Assembly: GCF_003918875.1 (NCBI RefSeq)
Contig: NW_025767079.1
Span: forward strand, 4,898,001 to 4,962,000
From: Haliotis rubra
Taxonomy: Eukaryota
Length of the DNA: 64,000 nt
Direction: 5' to 3'
In this document: positions 24,301 to 34,900 of the stretch, in pieces
How positions within the stretch are numbered: the first letter of the stretch is position 1
Layout of the letters: the number at the start of each line of letters is the position of its first letter
Program-made: the position numbers and the translations under genes
Notes under the pieces: model-generated
What the model was told of the DNA's origin: nothing
What the model saw: only the letters and a program-made list of their open reading frames with translations
The model's database searches: none

Positions 24301-27300
24301 ACTGACTGCCCAAACCACTTAATTGTCTCTTGTGACCGGCATGGGTTAAAGGGACAAATTTCCAAACATAAAGTATGTTAGTTCATGTACTTGGGTTTAC
24401 CTTCTCCTGTGTAGGTGAAACATTCACCTAGGTCAATATTGTCGTCATATCCCCCAGACAGTGCTACAGAATACGCCCCTTCTTCCCCTCGGTGGATGCC
24501 AGCAACAGTTGGTCTGGGGGCACAAGTTAATGATTATGATGAAGGCAATGATGATAATTACAACTGAAAAAGCACCGAGAATCTAAATAATGTTGACTGA
24601 AAATATATTACCATTATGGCCATAATGCTGAATGAAATTACAAACACAATGTAAATTTGTGTATTTGTTAACGCCGTACTCAACACTTTTCCAACTCTAT
24701 AACAGTGGTTTGAAAAACATCGAGTCTGGAGTTGTCCTCAAGACGCTCACACATGTACAGGTATTCTATCCCAGTGAACGATTTAGTCAACCACCACACA
24801 CCTGTGGATGCCATCTCTACTGCAGTCAATCCTGTAGTTCCAGACTGTACCAATTTCCACACCTACAGGAACCAGAGAGAAACAGGTTAAAAAAACAGGA
24901 TCTATAGATGTGAGTTGAAGAATGTAGTTTTTATGAAAAAATGTAATTTTTTAAGTAAAATTGATATTTTATACTTATCCTGAATCATATGTTATTGCTT
25001 CTTTTTTTAATTTCTTTTCTATTTTTAGACTGTTAATTAGAGAACAATAGGACAGAGGTTTCCACTGTACCTTGGAAGAAAGTGGAGATAGGCAATAACA
25101 TATGAGTCAGGTTAAGGAAAAATATTGAAATTCTGTTGAGAAACCAGAGCATCAGCTTGCAATTTGGCCACTGTGTGAGTAAGAGAGATTAACAGCTGTT
25201 TTGGAAATGTGCACTGGAAAAACAACTCTGAACCAACCTGAAAATTGAAGACATAAGGAGAGTAGGACCATACCTGGCACAGGTCCATAAAATTTGGGTC
25301 TGTTCGGTGAGACTCTCTTGGGCTTGTAATCATCTTCCTCTTCCTCTACACTTCTCCATTCTTCCTCTGAGCCCACCGGCTTAAACATAAACACAAGAGT
25401 GAACCTACATACAGAGATAGGTAATGAAAAATTCCAGTAAATGAATCTTGAATATAATATGTCATTACATCTGCACGTGATTACAAAGGACGGTCTATGC
25501 AAGGGATTACACAATGCCATTTTAGAAAGTGGTCAAATGTAACATATGTTATATTTGGGATTACACTTTCTTAGTAAAGTACAGATTCTAGTACTTGAGT
25601 CCCATCCGGGATTCGAACCCACACCCTCGGGACTCGTCCCAAAAAGTACTAGAATCTGTACTTTACTAAGAAAGTGTAATCGCAAATATAACATATGTTA
25701 CATGCAAGGGATGACCAAGATAACTTTCAAACTGAGCAACATCACAAAAGGCTGGTTGTTTCTCATGTCTCATCACTCAGTTTGAAAAGGAGAGGGCAAT
25801 CAGTTGAGCGAGTTTTAGTATTACGCCGCTTTTAGCAATATTCCAGCGGGGGACACTAGAAATGGGTTTCACACATTGTACCAATGTGGGGAATTGAAGC
25901 AGGGTCTTCGGCGTGGCAAGCCAACACATTAACGACTATGCTACCCCACCGCCCACAATCAGTTGAGATTTGCTGTGAGTTTGATAGTAAAATGAGCATG
26001 AAGACACCATAAATGACAGTTTGAAATATAAAACTTTTAACTATGTTATTTTACAACTAAAAATCTCTGTACAGAGTTACTTCCCTTCTCCCAACTGTTC
26101 TTTCACAAATGACAGTTTGAAATATAAAACATTTAACTATGTTATGGTAATGAAACATTTATCAACCTTGCCCTGGATCCGAGCTGACTTTCTCCTCAGT
26201 CCACGTATAGAGCCACAGTTCGACAGGTCCTCTTCAATCACAATCTTCTTTCTTGGCTTGATATCAATGGGAGCTTTTCGCTTGATGCCTTTCTTGACAA
26301 CACGCCCAAGTGGCTTGAACTGAAAGGGACACATACGCATGAATGATAGTCCTTGTGGAAACTCTACATGCTGTAGTTAAGTTTGACCATAAAAACACAT
26401 TCAGCGCCTTTCAACAGCACTACATCCTCATAGAGACGATAACCATATTTAGCCAGTTTATCATACCGCCATTCTGTTGTGAGTAAGGTAAGATTTTACC
26501 CTGCACCTAGTAATAATCTAACATGGTGGAACAAAGGAATTAATAATAGTGGTTGGTTTGTTGCTCAGCAGTATTCCAGCTATATGGTGGCAGTCTGTAA
26601 ATATTCGAGACTGTACCAGACAATCCAGTGATCAACATCATCAGCATCGATATACACAATTGGGTTACAATGACATGACAAGTCAGCAACCCTGACCACA
26701 TAATCCTGTTAGTCAGGTAATCATAATAGCTATTAAAAAAGTCCTGTACACGCACTTGATCATTTACTTATCCCACAAGGTACCCATTCACTGCTGGGTG
26801 AACAAAGGCAATTTATTAACAAACTCACTTGAAAAGAGTGAGACCACAACTGATGACATGCAGGCTTCATACATTTTACCCTTTCAGGTAATCAAACCTG
26901 TGTTTTAACACTGAGACAACCTCACTGAATGCTGCTACAATATACCCAGGACCAATTCACCACCAAACACCATAACTGAAATTGTCAAAACCAACTGAGG
27001 CCTCAAACACTGAGAAACAACAGACTCATGGTGCCACCATGGAAGAAAAGTCCTTTGGTTACAAGTCCTTTAGTGTTGCAGCTGCCACTAAATGGAACTC
27101 ACTGCCAGACTCCCAGACGCCCAGTCGTTGGAACATTTCAAGCGTCACTTAAAGACTCATCTGTTGTACTTTTTAAGTGACTTTGTACTGCCACCAAGTT
27201 TTACTTTTCCTTGACTCTTGTATGCACCACCCCAGTGGAGCCGAGCGCCATATAAATGGACATTATATTATACATAAACCCAAATTGTGTGATTTGGAAT

Positions 27301-28431
27301 AAAGCAGTGGAAAGAATGGTGACTAATCCATATACCAGGGACAGATTTTCTTTCTAGATGGACCTAAATAGGCATAATAGTTGACATGTCAGAGCCAAAT
27401 AGGCTTGGTGACAACAAACAACATCACTTTTTCATTATGAAAACAACAGTTGGCACTGGACTGTTTTTATTTGAACTGTCAGAACATGTGACAAAAATTC
27501 AAATTGTGAATTAATGCTTTATGGGTAGATTTGGATAATATTCTTATCAACTCATGACAATTTTTATACTGACTGACTTACTAAATGAGTACTCAAATTG
27601 TATTTTGCTCAGTAACAATATACAGACAATAAATGCCATTTAATATATGGTTTGGTCGCAATACTTTATGCAAGGCAAACTGTTTTCCAATATATAAAAA
27701 CATGGCATGAAAACATGCCAAATAAACAAAGTGTTAGATCACCTGATAAGACAGTCATACAGACCCTGAAACAAATATATCAAAGAAAGTCCATGCATCT
27801 CTAGAATATGTGGCAAGTCAAGATGTCCACAGTTTCTGGAAATGAAGAAAGTCTCAGGGTTCCTTTTCATTATATATTTTTTCTTTTTTATTATGAACTG
27901 GGTTTTTTCTGTAAAATATGTTCATTTCAGAGACTAGTTGCTTAAATTGTCTATCGCCTCATATGACAAATCTTTTCAAAAGAACTTAGAGGATAATCGG
28001 CGTAGTTTGGGAGACACACTGCACCCAGGCCGGAAATGGGGGAGGGGGAGAGAGATTAGCAATCACGTGACTGCACCCCCCCCCCTTACGGATCTTCGTT
28101 CGGATCAAAGAGTGGCCCGGCTTATGTTTTCATGATTCATGTTGTACATTGCTTCTTGCACGATGACGAAACAATAACGATCGTGAATAGAATTACGACA
28201 TAATTTACACCAATCGGCTATTATTTGAATACATGCATCCTGCAAAAATTAGGACTTTACAACATCGTGTGAGCGATATTTGTTGTCACTCAAAGAAGTG
28301 TTGTTTAAAGAATACCAACACACACTGATTTGGTGCATCTGCCAACTTACCGGATTCACAAGACCTAATTCTGCCAAAATACGCCGATTATCCTCCAAAT
28401 TCTTCTGTCGTAACTTCTCGTAGCTTGACAT
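21380..28431 (-). CDS. Stand-alone SRA/YDG-domain protein (431 aa) with N-terminal CDCA7/WDR76-like helix and acidic disordered tail
   Basis: Nine phase-consistent GT-AG exons: 28431-28351, 26319-26167, 25379-25274, 24862-24802, 24513-24401, 23966-23929, 23626-23473, 23121-23006, 21853-21380 (1296 nt). SRA core: [116 protein letters not shown]. No UBL, Tudor, PHD, RING or SET exons were found. Confidence 0.9.
22242..22716. mobile_element. Tigger/Tc1-like MITE in an intron
   Basis: TA|CAGTGGAAGCTGTC...GACAGCTTTCAGTG|TA. Confidence 0.7.
24051..24300. repeat. 45-bp intronic minisatellite, ~5.5 copies
   Basis: TTCCCAT recurs at 24051, 24096, 24141, 24186, 24231 and 24276. Confidence 0.9.
25537..25703. 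mobile_element. Fold-back element with ~60-bp inverted arms
   Basis: ATGTAACATATGTTATATTTG...AGTACT and its reverse complement flank a core carrying a B-box-like GGATTCGAACCC. Confidence 0.75.
26990..27272 (+). mobile_element. 3' fragment of a CR1/L2-type LINE
   Basis: Decayed frame reads [20 protein letters not shown]...FKRHLKTHL, the typical ORF2 C-terminus, followed by a tail. Confidence 0.6.
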
Positions 28432-28484
28432 TTTGGCCAATATCTCGTTTGAGCAATCACACTAATGTTTACCACGCCAGGTTA

Positions 28485-28543
28485 TTTCCCGCGGTTACAA
28501 TCACGTGCCTGTCACATGACCAGTCACGTGGTATACATCCGGT
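28485..28543 (-). promoter_or_regulatory. Putative proximal promoter of the SRA gene: E2F site plus three E-boxes
   Basis: TTTCCCGC at 28485-28492, CACGTG at 28502-28507 and 28525-28530, CACATG at 28513-28518, and an ETS-like CATCCGG. All lie 54-110 bp upstream of the ATG in a CpG-richer patch. Confidence 0.5.
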
Positions 28544-29040
28544 GTCCCCAAAACATTGTTTGGTGAACTTTTCAGAGCTTATTTGAAGAAGAGGGCACTT
28601 GAAATTGACCTGTTCACAGCTTGTAAATACTGGTTTGCACTGCCTGTTGCGTAACGACCGCCTTCGAAAAAGCTTTGATGTTCGACAAATTAGAGTCTAG
28701 TATTTTTGCAACAATGCACTTGTGTTATGAAAATAAAATACAACGTGTTTTATCTAAATTTAATCAAAGGACTTAATTCTTCATGCATATTCATGAAGCA
28801 AAACCCGCTTTGCCAAAGTCCTTGTCGCTTGTGAGGTCGTTTCGAACATGATTCATAAATTTATCTAAAAGTCATGTGACTTTATACATAATTAGATGCT
28901 TGATTGGCATTTTAGAAGATGATATTTGATGAACATAGAGATTTTTTCTGGGTTACATCTTCTTTTTATTCATGTTCATTTATACATAATGTTTGTTTGT
29001 TGCTGAACGTAACACATCAATTTAAGTGAAGGCTGTACAT

Positions 29041-29695
29041 CAGGGCCGTAGCTAGTCCAGAGGGGCAAGGGGGCAGCTGCCCCCCTAAAAAAAGGTTTAC
29101 AGATTATTTTTTGTACATCAAAGTATTGATATAACACTCTTTCGAGTGTCATATACCCTGATCGGTACCAGAATGATACACCTAATTACATGTGATTACA
29201 ACAACCATTAATAAATAAAATAAGGAATTCAGGGTAATGACATAGACTACTCGGAACCCTATAAACTGAAGGCATATTGTGCAATGATAATTAACAAACA
29301 AAAGATTTAATTAGAAAAAGGATTGCATTCAACCCAAATGACTCCAAAATATTGAATATATCATATATATGATGTAAATTTCACGTGCAATTTCTGGACT
29401 GTCAGCTGATATACAGATATGTCTAAACATATGATAAAGTTCAGAAGATTATGTACAGATGGTACAAATTTGAAAAAAGAAACTTTTTTTAAAAAACATG
29501 AAAAGATGTGGTCGAACGTAGCAGGAAAAAGTAATATTTTATACAACATCGGACATTACACAAATGGAGTCATTGTACCTTTAGAAAGCAGGAAATTGCA
29601 TCTGAAAGCATCTAATTATTAAAATTCACGGACACCCTAGATCATCGGCATCGAACGTGGACAGTGCCCCCTAAGAAATGTTAACCACGGCCCTG
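29041..29695. mobile_element. Non-autonomous DNA transposon (CAGGGCCGT...ACGGCCCTG)
   Basis: 9-bp TIRs. Flanks TACAT/TATAT are a possible 5-bp TSD. Confidence 0.6.
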
Positions 29696-30227
29696 TATAT
29701 AGGCTCTGTATCTACATGTACGATAATAAGGGACCGTTCATATAATTTATGGTTTGTGTGTGTGTGCGTGTGATGCTGATGCTGATAATTTGTATTGAGG
29801 AGCATGTAAAATGTGAATGAACCCCATTCCAGTACAAAATAAGTGACACTCCCACCCCCCGCATGTCATGTACAAACTAATGATGTAGGTATAAAATGGC
29901 AAAATACATTTTATCATGGTAGCAGGAATTAAGGTCAATATTTTGAATTGAAATTAAATGTACCCATATGGAAACATTGGCAGGATCATCGTTAATATCA
30001 ATATATTCACATAACCTGCATTAATAGATTAGAAAAACAATTAGTTATCTGTTCAATTCTTAATTTCGAATGATATATCTTTCTTCTTGATAAAACCAAT
30101 GAATTTGTTTATGTTATTGAATTTTCTGTCCCTTTTGATAGCAACGTGATTGGCAAGTTTTACGAAAAGCATGCTAAATATGCGGATCTCGGCTTTGAAA
30201 TGTCTCACTTGCATCCCAAGTATACTA

Positions 30228-30581
30228 GACCGCCTCCGTGGTGTAGTGGTTAGAGCGTCCGCCCAGAGAGCGGAAGGTCGCGGGTTCGATCTCCAACCGC
30301 GTCATACCGAAAAACGTTAAAATATATGGTACTTGTTGGTCCCTGCCTGGCGCTCGGCATTAATGGGTACAACAAGGACTGCTCGGCTCGGAGTCAGTAT
30401 AATGTGTCTGAGTGGGGTATTCATGCTTCACTGTGGCATGGTATCTCAGTTGGCTAGCACTATAAAACCAGCTTCAGTCTAGGCTAGTACAAGCAGCTGC
30501 ACACACACATACACACGCATGCACGTCGTCATATGAGTGAAATATTCTCAAGCACGACGTTAAACCCAATTTCACCTCACC
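30228..30581 (+). mobile_element. tRNA-derived SINE with Meta-type central domain (family C), full length
   Basis: A/B-box head, ATGGTACTTGTTGGTCCCTGCCTGGCGCTCGGCATTAA core and (CACCT)n tail. Other copies (-) at 31435-31777, 38350-38643, 39759-40004 and 44946-45298. Confidence 0.85.
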
Positions 30582-30790
30582 AATTAAAGTTTGCCTGGAA
30601 AAGAAAGTAAACACTCTTTCTTGGCGATTGTATTTCATTATAATAAGAAAACACAAACAAAACTTTCAAAATTCAAGGCTACATGGCTGCTACTGTATAC
30701 ACCGATATTCATTTAGTTATGAATCAACTGTAATTGGGTATTACACACCCCCTGTGGGGATCGTTCATACTTTATGGCTTGGGGGGGCTT

Positions 30791-31422
30791 CTTATCCACA
30801 AGGGATGCCACTCTGCAGAGCACTTTATGACACCTTAGACAATGAGGACACCCATGCCACTTATCCACAAGGGATGCCACTCTGCAGGGCAATTTATGAC
30901 ACCTTAGACAGTGGGGACACCCATGCCACTTATCCACAAGGGATGCCACTCTGCAGGGCAATTTATGACACCTTAGACAGTGGGGACACCCATGCCACTT
31001 ATCCACAAGGGATGCCACTCTGCAGGGCAATTTATGACACCTTAGACAGTGGGGACACCCATGCCACTTATCCACAAGGGATGCCACTCTGCAGGGCAAT
31101 TTATGACACCTTAGACAGTGGGGACACCCATGCCACTTATCCACAAGGGATGCCACTCTGCAGAGCAATTTATGACACCTTAGACAGTGGAGACACCCAT
31201 GCCACTTATCCACAAGGGATGCCGCTCTGCAGAGCAATTTATGACACCTTAGACAGTGGGGACACCCATGCCACTTATCCACTAGGGATGCCACTCTGCA
31301 GAGCAATTTATGACACCTTAGACACTGAGGACACCCATGTCACTTATCCACGAGGGATGCCGCCCTGCAGAGCAAAGTTTGTTTTGACACCTTAGACAAT
31401 GAGGACACCCATGCCACTTATC
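30791..31422. repeat. 69-bp minisatellite, ~9 copies
   Basis: Unit CTTATCCACAAGGGATGCCACTCTGCAGGGCAATTTATGACACCTTAGACAGTGGGGACACCCATGCCA, with near-identical central copies. Confidence 0.95.
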
Positions 31423-31836
31423 TATGATTTCATGATGAGGTGAGGTGAGATGAAATTGGGTTTAACGTCGTGCTTGAGAATATTTCGCTCATATGACGAC
31501 GTGCATGCGTGTGTATGTGCATGTGCGGCTGCTTGTACTAGCCCAGATTTAAACCGGTTTTATAGTGCTATCCCACTGAGATACCACCCCGCAGTGAAGC
31601 ATGAATACCCCACTCAGACACATTATACTTCGAGCCGACCAGTCCTTGTTGTACTCATTAAGGCAGGGACCAACAAGTACCATATTTTAACGTCTTTTGG
31701 TATGATGCGGTCAGGGATCGACCCCGTGACCTTCTGCACTCCAGGCAGACGCTCTAACCACTACACCGCGGAGGCAGTCCAGAACTACAGTGTCACCATT
31801 TGAAAACAAACAACTAAATAAAATGTAAAATGAGTT

Positions 31837-31842
31837 TTTATT
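31837..31842 (-). terminator. Candidate polyadenylation signal of DDOST
   Basis: AATAAA on the minus strand, ~155 nt after the stop codon. Confidence 0.5.
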
Positions 31843-31996
31843 TATCGTTAAAACAAATAATACACAAGGAGTCAAGAAACATAGATGTTGGTATATTTCA
31901 AGCCCCTCAACAATCATCCATCATTCAAGACAAAAACACATACATTCAATAACTGTAAATGATTCTTGATGACTGCCAAAAAAGTTGGAATGCTTG

Positions 31997-34900
31997 CTAC
32001 TCTTTCTTCTCTTTAGGTTCTTCCTTGAAATGTAGGAACACTATACTTAGTATAAAGACTCCAAACATCATTGAGAAGGCACTGGTGTAATAGGGAAAGG
32101 CTGCTGGGATGAACCGCTCAAACTGGGTGTGCTGTAACGGCCGGACAGACACCTGAAACAAAGACAAATGTGAATGTTTGATGTGATCAAATATATTGCA
32201 ATTATTTTGTACGTTTTATACAAACTAAACACCTCAGAGAGAAAAATACCTCATACTTTGCATATACTTGAACATATCAAAAGGAAAAATACCTCATATT
32301 TTAGTACATATGTGTAGATATAAATTGCTCTTTTTGTTATATAACTGTATAACCGATATTGCATCATTATCCCAATAACATGACTGTCAGTCTGCAAATC
32401 TACAGTTTTATCACATTTGAAAGTAAATAATTAAGTCCAGAACACACCTGTGCCTGAAAGTTTGAGGAATGTATTTACTGTTTCACAGTGCACTCATATT
32501 GACTACGGACCATATTGTCTGGACCACACAATCCACTGACTGACACCATGAGCATGGATCTCAGATGTGATGAGATGCATAAACCCTGTCTGCAAGTCTG
32601 ACCGAGCATGCCACTCACGACAAGCATGGCTTGCTGGAAACATATTGCAGCCAAAATCTTCAAGGACAGCTAGATTAATGATCCACCTATGGAGGACAGT
32701 CATGGCATTAAGACAGCAAAATTTGTTGTAGTCAAGTCTTACAAGAATCAGAGCGACACCGCTTTTAGCAATATTCCAGCAACATCATGGCGCCGGACAC
32801 CAGAAATGCTCTTCACACATGTACCCATGTGGGGAATTGAACCCGTGGTCTTCGGCGTGACGAGAAATGCTTTAACCACGAGAATACCCCACCATCCCCT
32901 ACATGTGAGGAGGCTTACCTGTGTTGTGCTGAAGAGATGGGTGTATCCCACGCGGTTGTAGTCGACACGGAACTGGTACACTCCGTACACGTCGGGCAAA
33001 ATAAAGTCAACATAGAACAGTCCATCTGGAAGAAGAGGTAGTCGTCCATCACACACATGATGATGTTACAGTTAGGAATCAGTTCACAAATAGGAACAAC
33101 AAAACCTCTCCACATCTATAAGAAATATCTCCTGAAAGCACAGTTGATTGTAAATTTCTCACCAGATCATGAGCATGTGTTTGTTTGACAGTATTCAGCA
33201 GTGTGACAGCTTTATGACACTGTCTGTAAACAATCGAGTCTGGACAGGACAATCCAGTGAAATTTGTTAAATCCTTATGCAAAAATTGATACATCAGTAC
33301 TTTACTTTAAAAAATTTCTGGGATGTTTTAAAACTTTCCATCATAAAACTGCCATAATGTCAAGTGTATGAGTTCATAGAACGACACCTCAGTAATAATT
33401 TTATCACAAGTTGTCTAATGGTATTGTGCACTCTGTACATACTTTGCTTCTTCAGACCAGTGCGGACGAAAGGGTCAATCCTGACAAACTCCAGCTGCAC
33501 ATCTGATCCCTGGAATGGCTGCCACTTGCCCTCGGACAACTCCTCGATCTGGATCGTGTACCTCTGTAAGTAGACCCAAACATTTTTAATTTCTGCAAAA
33601 CTTCAAAAACAGTTCTAGTGACCGTATTAACACATCAGTCAGTGATGTTTCAGCCACAATACATTTTCTTGGAAAGAATCACGATAATTCTGATAACACA
33701 ACGCAACCATCCAAAGACAATAGATACTGAAACACTGGCAAAATACATTTCCAATTTCTGTACTTTTCATACTATTTGGGAAAATGAAACGACAATACAA
33801 ATCAAATTACATTGTTCTGTGTAACTAGGTATAAGATAATTAAGCCATGACTTTTGTCAAACGATCATCTTCTTTGTCATGAGAGTCAACAGTCACTGTA
33901 GCAATCATTTTCTTGTCCTTCCACCTGAACCTGTTTAGACTGTTTCATTATATTATATTTACATTTTATTTGGTATGTGTAGCACCAGAACCAGGCGAGG
34001 ACCCAATAAACAGAGGTACAGATAAGCTGCGTATCTGCGTAAATTACGCAAATATTTATGTGAAAACTCAATTCCTATTACGTCTGTTGCGTACAAGTAC
34101 ACTTGTATTTTTTTAAATACTCAATAAATTTGATTGTACATGCGTACACAGAAAACTGTCAAATCTTAGCTTGCGTACCAGTGGATAGATAAAGCAACTG
34201 AGGTATATTGAGAGGTTCTATTTCGGCACATGAACACTCAACTAGCAGTCTTTCATATCGTTTCTCATATTACAGATCAAATATAAATAACAAACATTAA
34301 CATTTAAACTTTATTATATTTGAACAATTAATGGAAAAAGGCAAAATACCCAATTGATTTTGAGTGAGGTGAGTACAATTTGTTTGGTTACTCAGAGGAA
34401 AATTAGGATACCCAATTGAGATGAAGACAAGTGGGTACATAACTCAATGACCCAAAAACTTATCTGTAGCTCTGAATAAATGTTCTTTTGTGCGAATCAC
34501 AAAAAAATATTTCTGTGGTTAATGCTAAATCAAGACATATTTATTCGGATAAGAAATTCAAATTCAATTCTGATCTTCAGATAATAACTAATTTGTTTCA
34601 AAGAAATCCCCAAATATTTCATGCACAGGGCAATAGCATGTTCATAGCATTCTAAACAATTCAAATTCGTTGAAGACGTATGAGCCTTAAAGACATAAAA
34701 AATTGAGAGTGAGTGAGTTGGGTTTTATTCCGCTTAGCTACCGTTATGACAAAAAGCCCGGGCTTACATATGATTTTGAAAATGAAAGTTGGTCAAGCCT
34801 GCAATACTATCTAAAAATAAAGCTTTGCAACCTATCGGGCTTACATGAAAAAATTGGCTTCACACATATAAGTGCTGAGGGGAATCGAACCAGGACCTTC

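Noticed and set aside
21380-28431. Calling the SRA gene UHRF1
   Set aside because: No UBL, tandem Tudor, PHD or RING exons. The gene has its own ATG and stop, and DDOST lies immediately upstream.
30628-31395. 255-aa (+) and 197-aa Cys/His-rich (-) repeat ORFs
   Set aside because: Produced by a 69-bp (3n) tandem unit lacking stops in those frames. Units are near-identical at the DNA level, and there is no splice or promoter context.
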